Assembly (NCBI GenBank): GCA_037916395.1
Contig: JBAIXS010000353.1
Location: 1-39,747, forward strand
Length of the DNA: 39,747 bases
Reading direction: 5' to 3'
Source of the DNA: Candidatus Sulfobium mesophilum
GTDB lineage: Bacteria; Nitrospirota; Thermodesulfovibrionia; Thermodesulfovibrionales; UBA6898
Shown: positions 25,998 through 36,444 of the stretch, piece by piece
How positions within the stretch are numbered: position 1 is the first letter of the stretch
Layout of the letters: every line of letters begins with the position of its first letter
Notes under the pieces: generated by a model
What the model saw: the letters and a program-made list of their open reading frames with translations, nothing else
What the model was told of the DNA's origin: nothing
Database searches by the model: none
Position numbers and translations under genes: made by a program

Positions 25998-27917
25998 ATG
26001 CAATATTATTTGCTGATACCTTTTTTGCCGTTTGCGGCTTTTTTGATCAATATCCTCTTCGGCCGTAGCTTTATAAAAGATAAGGCGCACTGGGTCGCTA
26101 TTTTGGCGGTGGGCGGCTCATGGGTAGTTTCAGTAGCCACGCTGGTGGATGTCCTCTCAGGGAAAACGCTTAATGAGAATCTTTATACGTGGATTCTATC
26201 CGGAGGATTCAAGGTGTCGGTGGGTTTTCTAATCGATCAGCTTACCACGGTGATGCTCATCGTAGTTACCACCTGCAGCACCCTGATACATATTTACTCC
26301 GCCGGTTATATGCACGGCGATAAAGGATACTACAGATTCTTTTCCTATCTCAGTCTGTTTACCTTCTGCATGCTGATGCTCGTTATGGCGAATAATTTTC
26401 TTCAGCTTTATTTCGGTTGGGAGGGAGTTGGACTCTGTTCCTACTTTCTCATCGGATATTACTTCAACAAGAAGTCGGCCTCTGACGCTGGTAAAAAGGC
26501 GTTTATCGTTAACAGGTTCGGCGATTTCGGGTTCGGCCTTGGAATAATCGTGATATTTCTCACCTTTGGAACGGTTTACTACGCTCCTGTTTTCAGCCAG
26601 GCGGGCGCCTTTGCGGCCAAGACCGTGAACTTTCTTGGTTACGACGTTCATCTGATGACGCTCGTGGCTCTGCTTCTTTTCTGCGGTTCAATCGGAAAAT
26701 CAGCTCAGATGCCCCTTCATGTGTGGCTTCCCGATGCGATGGAAGGTCCGACCCCTGTCAGCGCCCTGATCCATGCCGCGACGATGGTGACTGCCGGCGT
26801 ATTTCTGGTTGCAAGATGCAACCCGATTTTCAGCCTTTCTGAGACCGCCCTTACCGTTGTGGCGCTTACCGGAGCGATTACATCCCTGTTTGCTGCAACA
26901 ATCGGTCTGGTGCAGAACGATTTAAAAAGGATCATAGCCTATTCGACGGTGAGCCAGTTGGGTTATATGTTTCTGGCCTGCGGAGTCGGAGCATATACCG
27001 CCGGAATATTTCATCTGTATACACACGCCTTTTTCAAGGCGCTTCTCTTTCTCTGCGCCGGAAGCGTAATGCACGCCATGGCCGGCGAACTGGACATACA
27101 GAAGATGGGCGGGTTGAAGAAGTATATGCCTGTGACATACCTGACGATGCTTATCGCATCGTTTAGCATTGCGGGTGTTCCAGGCCTTGCCGGATTTTTC
27201 AGCAAGGACGAGATACTATGGCTTGCCTATTCGTCTCCAAACCCGACTGGCAAGGTAGTCTGGCTCATAGGGACCTTCGTGGCATTTCTTACCGCCTTTT
27301 ATTCATTCAGGCTTATATTCCTTACTTTCCATGGAACGTTCCGCGGAACGCATGAGCAGGAACACCACCTTCATGAATCACCCAAATCAATGACAGTCCC
27401 CCTTATGCTGCTTTGTGTAGGCGCGGTAGCGTCCGGATGGGTTGGCATACCGCATCTTTTGGGGGGAGGGGCACACTTTACAGAATTTATGAAGCCGGTT
27501 CTGGGCCATCCGGAAGGGCACGGCACACATGCAGAAGAATGGATGGTGATGGGAATCTCGGTTGCCGTTGGTTTCTCCGGGATCGGGCTTGCCTATTATA
27601 TGTATATGGTGCGGAAGGAATTGCCGGCCAGGCTTGCAGCGCAGTTCAGCGGCGTCTATAAGGTCCTCTTCAACAAGTATTATGTCGATGAATTGTATAG
27701 TTTTATACTCATCAGGCCTACAATCTGGATAGCCAAGAATGTTCTGATCGGCATTACGGACGCAAAGATTATAGAGGCGATAGTCAATGGAGTCCCCGCC
27801 GCCATCGGCGGCTTCAGCAGTCAATTAAGAAGGATACAGACCGGTCGTCTTCACCACTACGCAACTATTATGGCAACGGGCATACTTATAATAGTCGCCT
27901 GGATGCTTCTGAGGTAG
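25998..27917 (+). CDS. nuoL: NADH-quinone oxidoreductase subunit L
   Basis: WEGVG, NRFGD, GKSAQ.PLHVWLPDAMEGPTP, HAFFKALLF, SKDEI. Confidence 0.97.
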   Translation: MQYYLLIPFLPFAAFLINILFGRSFIKDKAHWVAILAVGGSWVVSVATLVDVLSGKTLNENLYTWILSGGFKVSVGFLIDQLTTVMLIVVTTCSTLIHIYSAGYMHGDKGYYRFFSYLSLFTFCMLMLVMANNFLQLYFGWEGVGLCSYFLIGYYFNKKSASDAGKKAFIVNRFGDFGFGLGIIVIFLTFGTVYYAPVFSQAGAFAAKTVNFLGYDVHLMTLVALLLFCGSIGKSAQMPLHVWLPDAMEGPTPVSALIHAATMVTAGVFLVARCNPIFSLSETALTVVALTGAITSLFAATIGLVQNDLKRIIAYSTVSQLGYMFLACGVGAYTAGIFHLYTHAFFKALLFLCAGSVMHAMAGELDIQKMGGLKKYMPVTYLTMLIASFSIAGVPGLAGFFSKDEILWLAYSSPNPTGKVVWLIGTFVAFLTAFYSFRLIFLTFHGTFRGTHEQEHHLHESPKSMTVPLMLLCVGAVASGWVGIPHLLGGGAHFTEFMKPVLGHPEGHGTHAEEWMVMGISVAVGFSGIGLAYYMYMVRKELPARLAAQFSGVYKVLFNKYYVDELYSFILIRPTIWIAKNVLIGITDAKIIEAIVNGVPAAIGGFSSQLRRIQTGRLHHYATIMATGILIIVAWMLLR

Positions 27918-27922
27918 AAATA

Positions 27923-29461
27923 ATGGAACAGGTTATTGCAAACAGTTTGGGATTCCCGGTACTTAGCACCTTGATATTTCTGCCTTTGGCAGGGGCTGTC
28001 CTTCTTCTGCTGATACCCCGGGCCCAGGAGGGACTGATAAAGATTGTAGCGCTTTTTGCGAGCATAGCCGCGTTCATTATTTCTCTTCCGCTTTTTACCG
28101 GATTCGACAAATCCACACACGTCATGCAGTTTGTCGAAAGGCATGAGTGGATACCGGCATGGAACATAAATTATTCTCTGGGACTGGACGGTATAAGTAT
28201 CCTGTTTGTACTGCTTTCAACCCTTGTTACAATTCTTTGCGTGCTTATATCATGGAATTCGGTAAAGACCAAGACTAAGGAGTTTTATATTTCGCTTCTT
28301 ATCGTGGAAGGGGCCATGATCGGGGTTTTCTGCGCGCTCGATTTTTTCTTGTTCTACATCTTCTGGGAAGCCATGCTTATCCCTATGTACCTTCTGATAG
28401 GTGTCTGGGGCGGGCCCAACAGGGTCTATGCCGCCATAAAGTTTTTCCTCTTTACCCTGGTGGGAAGTGTTTTGATGCTGGTCGGAATAATCGTCTTGTA
28501 TCTTTACTCCGGAAGGACCTTTGACATTGTCGAACTCTCTACCAGAGTATATCCTTACCAGATGCAGCTGTGGCTCTTCTGGGCCTTCTTTGCCGCTTTT
28601 GCAGTTAAGGTACCAATGTTTCCAGTGCACACCTGGCTGCCCGACGCGCATACAGAAGCCCCCACGGCCGGCAGCGTAATACTTGCAGCCATACTTATAA
28701 AAATGGGCGCCTATGGTTTCCTGAGATTTTCGCTTCCGCTTCTGCCCGACGCATCAAAGGCTATGACCCCCGTGATGCTGGTCCTTTCGGTGATTGCGAT
28801 CATATATGGCGGGGTGATCTGTCTTGCCCAGACAGATCTCAAAAGACTGATTGCATATAGTTCCGTGAGTCATATGGGATTTGTGACGCTCGGCATTTTT
28901 GCGTTAAATATGCAGGGGATGGAGGGCGGTATCCTTCAGATGGTGAATCATGGCATTGTTACCGGCGCTCTCTTTTTGAGCGTCGGGATCATTTATGACC
29001 GCACGCACACGAGGCAGATAGCGGATTACGGGGGCGTAGCTACAGTGATGCCTCTTTATGCCTCGCTGTTTATTGTGTTTACCCTGGCATCGATCGGTCT
29101 TCCCTCGACAAACGGTTTTATCGGGGAGTTTCTGATTATACTGGGCGGGTTTACTTCGAACCAGTGGGCAGGTCTGCTGGCTGCCACCGGCATAATTATC
29201 GGTGCAGGGTATATGCTCTGGCTCTATCAACGGGTATTTTTTATGGAGCCTGGCCCGAAGGTGGCGGGTCTTTCAGACATGGACGCCAGGGAACTTATAA
29301 CCCTCTTGCCAATGGTCGCGCTTATATTCTGGATAGGGATCTATCCTGATACCTTTCTTGGTTTTATGCATAAGTCAGTAGAACATCTTATTGAAAGAGT
29401 GAATACGGGCGGGATGCACGGACCTGCGGTCGCCAGGAGTATCATAGAGGTTATAAAATGA
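27923..29461 (+). CDS. nuoM: NADH-quinone oxidoreductase subunit M
   Basis: FYIFWE, KVPMFPVHTWLPDAH, KMGAYG, AYSSVSHMG, GEF. Confidence 0.97.
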   Translation: MEQVIANSLGFPVLSTLIFLPLAGAVLLLLIPRAQEGLIKIVALFASIAAFIISLPLFTGFDKSTHVMQFVERHEWIPAWNINYSLGLDGISILFVLLSTLVTILCVLISWNSVKTKTKEFYISLLIVEGAMIGVFCALDFFLFYIFWEAMLIPMYLLIGVWGGPNRVYAAIKFFLFTLVGSVLMLVGIIVLYLYSGRTFDIVELSTRVYPYQMQLWLFWAFFAAFAVKVPMFPVHTWLPDAHTEAPTAGSVILAAILIKMGAYGFLRFSLPLLPDASKAMTPVMLVLSVIAIIYGGVICLAQTDLKRLIAYSSVSHMGFVTLGIFALNMQGMEGGILQMVNHGIVTGALFLSVGIIYDRTHTRQIADYGGVATVMPLYASLFIVFTLASIGLPSTNGFIGEFLIILGGFTSNQWAGLLAATGIIIGAGYMLWLYQRVFFMEPGPKVAGLSDMDARELITLLPMVALIFWIGIYPDTFLGFMHKSVEHLIERVNTGGMHGPAVARSIIEVIK

Positions 29462-29492
29462 GCAGCTCGCAATTAAGATTGAGGAGGTTCAG

Positions 29493-30914
29493 ATGCAGTT
29501 TTTGATGCCCGACATAAGACCCCTGGTGCCCGAAATTGTTATGACGGTGCTTGCACTTGCAATCCTTCTGGCGGATCTTGTGATAAAACGGAAAGAAACG
29601 CTGGCGACGCTCAGCATAATATGCGTAGTTTTGGTGGCCTCTACCTTTAGCGGCTCTCTTGGCACCTCTTTTGGAGGAATGTTCCTTTCAGACGGTTATA
29701 GTATGTTTTTTAAAATTGTCTTCATCCTTAACGTTATACTTACGGTACTTATTTCCGTTAAATACATCGGAGTAGAGAAGGTTAATTTCGGCGAATATTA
29801 TGGTCTTATCCTTTTTTCGACTCTTGGGATGATGATCATGGCATCCGCCGGGGATTTGATCGTTCTTTACCTTGGTCTTGAGCTTATGGCACTGAGTACT
29901 TACATACTTGCCGGATTTATCCGGCACGATATCAGGTCCAATGAAGCCGCGATAAAGTATTTCCTGCTTGGCGCTTTTGCTTCGGCATTTCTACTCTACG
30001 GGACGTCCATGATATACGGTCTTACCGGCACGACGAACCTGGCGGCCATTTCTGAGTATATAAAGCAGCATGGACTGACAGGGAATCCTCTGCTTACGCT
30101 TTCGATGGTCTTTCTTGTGATCGCTTTTTCTTTCAAGATTGCTGCAGTCCCGTTTCATATGTGGACCCCCGACGCCTATGAAGGCGCGCCGACCTCGATC
30201 ACAGCCTTCATGTCGGTCGGCCCCAAGGCTGCTGGATTTGCGGTCATGGGCAGGGTATTGCTTTACGCCCTCTATCCGATCAAGCCGATGTGGACGTCGG
30301 TACTAATTCCCGTTGCAATTCTTACAATGGGTGTCGGAAACATAGTAGCGATCTCTCAGACCAACATAAAGAGGATGCTTGCCTATTCTTCAATAGCCCA
30401 TGCTGGATATGCCCTGCTGGGAGTAATCGCGGGGACGGCAGACGGGCTGGCAAGCATGATGACCTATTTGCTTATTTATGCCTTCATGAATATCGGAGCC
30501 TTTGCGGTTATAATTATGCTCAGGTCGGAGGGATTCAAAGGGGATATGATCTCTGACTATGAAGGCCTTTGGCACACTCATCCCGGTGCGGCGTCATTGA
30601 TGATTGTCTTTATGTTCTCTCTTACCGGAATACCTCCTACCGCGGGATTTATGGGAAAATTCTATCTGTTTGCAAGCGCCGTCAGCGCCGGCTACATGTG
30701 GCTGGTGATTGTAGCGGTGATTTTTAGCGCTATCTCAGCTTACTTCTATCTGAGAATTGTCATGTTTATGTGCATGCGGGAGCCCCGTCAGACGGTCGCA
30801 CTCAGCATATCGCCGTCTATCAGCCTTGCGCTTGCAATAACTCTCGCCGGTGTTATCGTGATCGGTGTGCTTCCGGCCCAGGTCGTTAACCTCGCGCGCA
30901 TCGCTTTTCCATAA
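29493..30914 (+). CDS. nuoN: NADH-quinone oxidoreductase subunit N
   Basis: EAAIKYF, FKIAAVPFHMWTPDAYEGAP, KRMLAYSSI, GIPP.AGF.GK. Confidence 0.97.
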   Translation: MQFLMPDIRPLVPEIVMTVLALAILLADLVIKRKETLATLSIICVVLVASTFSGSLGTSFGGMFLSDGYSMFFKIVFILNVILTVLISVKYIGVEKVNFGEYYGLILFSTLGMMIMASAGDLIVLYLGLELMALSTYILAGFIRHDIRSNEAAIKYFLLGAFASAFLLYGTSMIYGLTGTTNLAAISEYIKQHGLTGNPLLTLSMVFLVIAFSFKIAAVPFHMWTPDAYEGAPTSITAFMSVGPKAAGFAVMGRVLLYALYPIKPMWTSVLIPVAILTMGVGNIVAISQTNIKRMLAYSSIAHAGYALLGVIAGTADGLASMMTYLLIYAFMNIGAFAVIIMLRSEGFKGDMISDYEGLWHTHPGAASLMIVFMFSLTGIPPTAGFMGKFYLFASAVSAGYMWLVIVAVIFSAISAYFYLRIVMFMCMREPRQTVALSISPSISLALAITLAGVIVIGVLPAQVVNLARIAFP

Positions 30915-31125
30915 TTTTTTCGGACTCATCGCCGGAACGGCCCCTGCCCTTTCCCTAAGGTAACAAAACGATTATATTGCTATTTTCTGGGCTTCCCCTG
31001 TAAACTATAACGCTAGTCTCTCTGCAGTGAATCAGGGCAACCTGCATCATGGGGCATATACAGTCCCGCCTTTTCAGGCATCGCGCAGTAAATCAAGGAG
31101 ACAAAGACCAAAGGAGAAGGTAATA

Positions 31126-32937
31126 GTGAAGCGTGAAGACTTGAGAAATATCGCTATCATAGCCCATGTTGACCATGGCAAAACGACCCTCGTCGACGGG
31201 ATGCTGAAGCAGTCGGGTATTTTTCGTTCGAACGAAAGAGTGCAGGAACGAATCATGGACAACATAGACCTCGAGCGTGAACGGGGCATCACCATCATGG
31301 CGAAAAATACGGCGGTGGCATATAACGGATGCAAGATAAATATTGTCGATACCCCCGGGCATGCCGATTTCGGCGGCGAGGTTGAAAGGACGCTGAAGAT
31401 GGTTGACGGGGTCCTGCTTCTCGTAGACGCATCCGAAGGGCCGCTCCCCCAGACGCGTTTTGTTTTAAAGAAAGCCCTCGAATTGGGTCTTCCGCCTATC
31501 CTTGTGATAAACAAAATAGACAGGCCGGATGCCAGGATTCAGGAGGTCCTGAACGAAGTCTACGATCTCTTTATCGACCTTGATGCAACCGAGGAACAGC
31601 TTGAATTTCCGATTGTCTACACGAATGCAAAACTTGGCACTGCGATAATGGGTCTTGACGAGGAGCCGGTTGACCTTAGATGTCTGTTTGAGCTGATTTT
31701 AAAGACAATCCCGCCCCCGGAATCTGGCAGCAGCGGCACACTGCAGCTTCTTGTTACAAATATCGACTATAACGACTATGTCGGAAGACTTGCCATCGGC
31801 AGGATATTTTCAGGCTCGATCAAGGTCGGCGATTGGGTCTCGGTGGTAAACGCAAATGGTGAAAACATAAAAACAAAGATAACCTTTCTTTACAGCTTTC
31901 AGGGGCTTGAGAGGGTGGAGGCGAAAGAGGCCTCGGCGGGTGACATCGTCGCATTGGCCGGCATCGAGGGAATAAATATAGGGGACACGATAACGGACCT
32001 TGACAACCCGAAGCCCTTGCCCAGAATAAAGGTGGATGAGCCGACTATATCGATGGTATTTTCAATAAATACCTCGCCTTTTGCCGGAAAGGAGGGAAAA
32101 TACGTCACATCCAGAAACCTCAGGGAGAGGCTGGAAAAGGAACTGCTTTATAACGTGGCGATAAAGGTCGATTTTGATAACACGGATTCCTTCAAAGTTA
32201 TGGGGAGGGGTGAACTGCAGCTGGCCATACTTATAGAGATGATGCGGAGGGAGGGTTATGAACTTTCCGTTTCGATGCCCGAGACGATTACAAGGGACGT
32301 GAAGGGGACTCTTCATGAACCTATGGAGCACCTGGTAGTTGACGTGCCTGATGAATTTGTGGGCGTCGTAACACAAAAAGTGGGGATGAGACGCGGAAGG
32401 ATGCAGAAGATGCAAAACAATGGGCATGGCAGGGTACGCCTCGAATTCAGGGTACCCTCGAGGGGTCTTATAGGATTCCGTTCCCAGTTCCTCACCGATA
32501 CAAGAGGCACTGGGCTTCTTAACCATATCTTTGACGGATATGAGCCCTGGCAGGGCCAGATATCAAAACGCGCCACGGGCGCTATCGTTTCAGACAGGGC
32601 CGGCAAAACGACAACGTATGCCCTTTTTCATCTTCAGCCCAGGGGGACTCTATTTGTAAAGGAAAATACCGCGGTATACGAGGGTATGATAGTGGGTGAG
32701 AATTCCAGGGAAAGCGACATCGACGTAAATGTGACCAAGGAAAAGAAGCTGACCAATATGAGGGCGTCAGGGGCTGATGAGGCGCTGCAGCTTATTCCGC
32801 CGAGGATACTCAGCCTGGAGCAGGCGATCGAATTTGTCAAAGAGGACGAACTTGTCGAAGTAACCCCTGTGGCCGTGCGCATCAGAAAAAAGATTCTTGA
32901 GGCCAACAAAAGACCTAAAAACAGGGATAGAGGCTGA
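31126..32937 (+). CDS. typA: Translational GTPase TypA/BipA
   Basis: [37 protein letters not shown]. Start reassigned to GTG at 31126 (AAGGAG RBS upstream). Confidence 0.97.
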   Translation: MKREDLRNIAIIAHVDHGKTTLVDGMLKQSGIFRSNERVQERIMDNIDLERERGITIMAKNTAVAYNGCKINIVDTPGHADFGGEVERTLKMVDGVLLLVDASEGPLPQTRFVLKKALELGLPPILVINKIDRPDARIQEVLNEVYDLFIDLDATEEQLEFPIVYTNAKLGTAIMGLDEEPVDLRCLFELILKTIPPPESGSSGTLQLLVTNIDYNDYVGRLAIGRIFSGSIKVGDWVSVVNANGENIKTKITFLYSFQGLERVEAKEASAGDIVALAGIEGINIGDTITDLDNPKPLPRIKVDEPTISMVFSINTSPFAGKEGKYVTSRNLRERLEKELLYNVAIKVDFDNTDSFKVMGRGELQLAILIEMMRREGYELSVSMPETITRDVKGTLHEPMEHLVVDVPDEFVGVVTQKVGMRRGRMQKMQNNGHGRVRLEFRVPSRGLIGFRSQFLTDTRGTGLLNHIFDGYEPWQGQISKRATGAIVSDRAGKTTTYALFHLQPRGTLFVKENTAVYEGMIVGENSRESDIDVNVTKEKKLTNMRASGADEALQLIPPRILSLEQAIEFVKEDELVEVTPVAVRIRKKILEANKRPKNRDRG

Positions 32938-32964
32938 GCAAACGTAAGCGAAGTAAAGTAAAGC

Positions 32965-34356
32965 TTATTTGATTTTATATTCCTTAATCTTTGCCCTGAG
33001 GGTGTTACGGTTTATGCCCAGGACCTTTGCCGTCCTAAGCTGGTTGCCGCTAGTTTCCCTCAGGACTATCGATATCAGCGCCTTTTCAACCTCGGAGAGC
33101 ACGGTGTCATAAAGATTGAAATTTGTCACTTTTGTCATATCTTTCAGATACCGCTTCAACTTTTCTTCCAAAAAATCCTTGATGGAATAAGAGGCGTCCT
33201 CCTCTATGATGAGGTCTTTCTTTTCTATTACAGCCCCTGTTGAAAGCACACAAGCCCTTTTTATTACATTATCGAGTTCGCGCACGTTGCCGTGCCAGTC
33301 GTATTTAATGAGGGCCGCCTTTGCTTCCTTGGAAAGTTCTTTTTCCCCTGTTTCAAGTTTATTGGCCGCCTCTGTGAGAAAGAATTTCGCAAGCAGCGGG
33401 ATATCCTCTTTCCGATCCCTCAGGCGGGGCAATTTAATCTGCACAACGTTGAAGCGGTAGTATAGGTCCTCCCTGAAATGCCCTTTCGCGACCTCTTCGG
33501 GCAGGTCTTTGTTTGTTGCACCTATTATCCGAACATCCCCCTTAATAATATCATTGCTGCCCAAAGGGCTGAATTCTCTTTCCTCGAGAAAACGGAGTAC
33601 CTTCGCCTGCAAGCTAGGCTCCATTTCTGCTATCTCATCAAGGAACAGTGTGCCGCCGGCGGCTGCTTCAATCTTTCCTCTTTTGTCTGACACCGCCCCC
33701 GTGAAAGCGCCTTTCCTGTAACCGAAAAGCTCTGACTCAAGCAGTTCTTTAGGTATTGAGGCGGAATTTATGGCAACAAACGGGCCATGCGACCGCCGGC
33801 TGTTGTAATGGATGGCCTTCGCTACGAGTTCTTTTCCAGTTCCGCTTTCCCCGGTGATAAGGACTGTTATGTCTTTTGCAGCTACCTTGCCGATGTCCTT
33901 GAAGACCTTCAGCATACCAGGGCTCTTTCCTATCATATGCGGACTGTCTGTTTCGTACGCTGCTTTCTTAAGCTCCCGCAGTTCCTCTTTTAGAGAAATG
34001 TCCCTGAAGGCCTTTTCGATCACGATCTTAAGCTCTTCTATATCGAAGGGCTTCTCCAGGTAGTCATATGCGCCCTCTTTCATTGCCGTGATTGTGCTTT
34101 GCATCTGAGCATGCGCGGTGATCATTATGACGACCGCATCCGGATAGACGGAGCGTATCTCCCTAAGCCCGTCGAGCCCATTTCCGTCAGGCAGGATGAG
34201 GTCCAAAAGTATGACCTGGTGGCCTTCCTGAACCGCTTTAAGCCCAGAAGAAAGCCTGGTCCTTGAGATAATACTATGGCCCAGAGGTTCAAGGGCCTTC
34301 TTAATGACCCATATTATGCTCTCATCATCATCGATGACTAAGATCTTTTTATCCAT
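32965..34356 (-). CDS. ntrC: NtrC-like sigma54 response regulator
   Basis: REC domain, GESGTGKE, GAFTGA, and the NtrC/Fis-type HTH GNQ..AKVLGINRNTLR; paired with an NtrB-like kinase. Start set at the MDKK ATG. Confidence 0.8.
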   Translation of the reverse strand: MDKKILVIDDDESIIWVIKKALEPLGHSIISRTRLSSGLKAVQEGHQVILLDLILPDGNGLDGLREIRSVYPDAVVIMITAHAQMQSTITAMKEGAYDYLEKPFDIEELKIVIEKAFRDISLKEELRELKKAAYETDSPHMIGKSPGMLKVFKDIGKVAAKDITVLITGESGTGKELVAKAIHYNSRRSHGPFVAINSASIPKELLESELFGYRKGAFTGAVSDKRGKIEAAAGGTLFLDEIAEMEPSLQAKVLRFLEEREFSPLGSNDIIKGDVRIIGATNKDLPEEVAKGHFREDLYYRFNVVQIKLPRLRDRKEDIPLLAKFFLTEAANKLETGEKELSKEAKAALIKYDWHGNVRELDNVIKRACVLSTGAVIEKKDLIIEEDASYSIKDFLEEKLKRYLKDMTKVTNFNLYDTVLSEVEKALISIVLRETSGNQLRTAKVLGINRNTLRAKIKEYKIK

Positions 34357-35386
34357 TGTGGCCAAACGGTATATAAATAAAGAAGGAAGTGCCTTTGCCT
34401 GCCTGGCTTTTCAGCGTGATAAGGCCGCCATGGTCCTTAATGATCTTCCTTGACAAAGCCAGGCCCAAACCGGTGCCATGCTTCTTCTTAGTGTAAAAAG
34501 GGATGAAAATTTTCTGAAGATCTTTGTCCGGGATGCCTCTGCCAGTGTCTTTTATGGAGATTAAGACCCAGCGCTTTATGCGTCCTTCTTCTCTGACAGA
34601 CTCCTTTGAAGGTGAGGTGGAAATCTCCAGTCTGCCACCTTTTTTCATGGACTCAAGAGCATTTTTTATAATGTTCAAAAAAACCTGAAGCAGTTTTGAT
34701 TCATCGCCCTTTATTTGCGGGAGACTGGGATCATAAAATCTCTTCAATGTTATCCCTGACCCTTTTATCGGCGCATCCATGATGGAAAGGGCTTTCTCCA
34801 TTACCTCATGGATGTTAACCTGGTTGAATGCCGGTTTTTTGCAGAGTGTCAGGTAATCATGCAGTATGGAGTTGAGTCTGTCCGTCTCCTTCACAATAAG
34901 GTCGACATATTCGTCTACAGGCGCATTTTTCAATTTGGTGCGCAGAAGTTGCGCGGCTCCTTTTATTCCCCCAAGAGGGTTCTTGATTTCATGTGCGATT
35001 GAGCCGATGAGGTATACGAGGGAGTCAAAATCGTATTCCTCCCTTTCCGAGATATTAATGTTTTGTGAGATTGACAGTACGGCGCCCTCTATTTTACCGT
35101 TGGAAAAAAAAGGTGAAAGGTGAAAATCGATATTAATGAACCGGCCAATGTCCAGGCTGACGGATTTACCTTTAAACGAGCGGCCCTCATGTATAGTTTC
35201 ATTGATCAGCGGCGAAATGGCCTTTTCACTGTCGAGTACCTCCGACAGCTTTTTCATCATAATGTCTTTTGAACTTTTTCCGAGCAGCTCCTCGGCCGTC
35301 TTGTTCAAATAGACAATCCTCATTGTCTTGTCGAAAAGTATCAGGGCCTCTTCGAGGCTGTTTATTATTGCTTCAAGAGAAATCAC
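34349..35386 (-). CDS. ntrB: NtrB-like PAS histidine kinase
   Basis: Cytoplasmic PAS domain, AHEIKNPLGGIKGAAQLL H-box and YDPSLP, both typical of NtrB/GlnL. Confidence 0.8.
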   Translation of the reverse strand: MISLEAIINSLEEALILFDKTMRIVYLNKTAEELLGKSSKDIMMKKLSEVLDSEKAISPLINETIHEGRSFKGKSVSLDIGRFINIDFHLSPFFSNGKIEGAVLSISQNINISEREEYDFDSLVYLIGSIAHEIKNPLGGIKGAAQLLRTKLKNAPVDEYVDLIVKETDRLNSILHDYLTLCKKPAFNQVNIHEVMEKALSIMDAPIKGSGITLKRFYDPSLPQIKGDESKLLQVFLNIIKNALESMKKGGRLEISTSPSKESVREEGRIKRWVLISIKDTGRGIPDKDLQKIFIPFYTKKKHGTGLGLALSRKIIKDHGGLITLKSQAGKGTSFFIYIPFGHNG

Positions 35387-35587
35387 TGGTGATAGTTAAG
35401 GGATATATGTCAACCGGCTAATTATGCGCCATCAGACGCACGGTTCTCGCACTCTCCTGTTTTTTGAATACTAAGACTTTAGCACATGGCGAATGCCTTT
35501 GCAATCAAACAGCAGGCGAGTGTTATACGCTCTGCGGCACCGGCGATTATTTTCTTTATTATCAACAATTTCTTCAAAAAGTTTGCA

Positions 35588-35617
35588 TTGACACGTTCTT
35601 TATCGAACTGGTAATAT
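35588..35617 (+). promoter_or_regulatory. Sigma70 promoter of rpsU-yqeY-dnaG-rpoD
   Basis: TTGACA-N18-TAATAT with TG extension, 37 nt upstream of the rpsU ATG (GGAGG RBS). Confidence 0.7.
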
Positions 35618-35654
35618 TGGTGAACTATTTTAAACAGGGAGGAGTGATTAATGG

Positions 35655-35852
35655 ATGCCCTCAATACGGGTACGGGAAAATGACTCGTTCGAAAACGCTC
35701 TTAAGAAATTTAAGAAGCAGTGCGAAAAAGAAGGAATTCTTTCCGAGATAAAGAAAAGGGAGCATTACGACAAGCCCAGCGTAAAAAAGAAGAAAAAGGC
35801 TATTGCGGCGCGGAAAAAGGCTATGAAAAGAGTCAAGATGTCGGTGAGGTAA
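35655..35852 (+). CDS. rpsU: 30S ribosomal protein S21
   Basis: ALKKFKK..EKEG...KREHYDKPS. Confidence 0.96.
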   Translation: MPSIRVRENDSFENALKKFKKQCEKEGILSEIKKREHYDKPSVKKKKKAIAARKKAMKRVKMSVR

Positions 35853-35853
35853 C

Positions 35854-36309
35854 ATGTCGTTACTGCAGAGGCTTGACGCAGACATGAAGACCGCCTTAAA
35901 GGAGTCTGACAAACTTAAGCTTTCTGCGATACGGCTGGTGAAGGCTGCGGTCAAGAATCAGCAGATTGAAAAAGGACGTGAACTTTCTGACGAAGAGATA
36001 CAGTCAGTCATTTTGACCCTCTCAAAGCAGAGAAAGGACTCAATCGAGCAATTTTTAAAAGGCGGCCGTCAAGACCTGGCTGACCAGGAGAGCCGTGAAT
36101 TGGCGGTTCTTCAGGCATATATGCCGGAACAGCTTTCACCTGCCGAACTCGACAAAATTATTCTTCAGGCGATACAGGAGTCTTCATCCACTGACGAAAA
36201 AGATATGGGAAAGGTCATGAAGATACTGATGCCGCGGGTAAAGGGCTTAGCCGACGGAAAAACAGTCAACATCAGGGTCAAGGAACTCCTCCAGTCTCTC
36301 CGCAAGTGA
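35854..36309 (+). CDS. GatB/YqeY domain protein
   Basis: MK.ALK..DK, KQRKDSIEQF..GGR.DL, KDMGKVM, ADG; usual position after rpsU. Confidence 0.93.
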   Translation: MSLLQRLDADMKTALKESDKLKLSAIRLVKAAVKNQQIEKGRELSDEEIQSVILTLSKQRKDSIEQFLKGGRQDLADQESRELAVLQAYMPEQLSPAELDKIILQAIQESSSTDEKDMGKVMKILMPRVKGLADGKTVNIRVKELLQSLRK

Positions 36310-36444
36310 CGCAGCAAATTAATAAATTTCAATAGGCGCTGACTCCTTCTAGTCAGTGGTATATAGCTACCGGACAGATCCTCTGGACAATTTCTCCTTA
36401 GGTTCGTGGTAAAATATTCCTAAGAATTCTTCTGTGGGGAATGC

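Noticed and set aside
25918-26016. Small ~32-codon ORF bridging nuoK and nuoL
   Set aside because: No hydrophobic helix or motif and it overlaps both neighbours; likely chance.
35488-35504. Sigma54-like TGGCGAATGCCTTTGCA near ntrB/rpsU
   Set aside because: GG-to-GC spacing is 11 rather than the required 10, and it points away from ntrB.
36337-36358. Hairpin CGCTGACT/AGTCAGTG between yqeY and dnaG as a terminator
   Set aside because: No U-tract follows; could be an attenuator or processing stem but this is unsupported.
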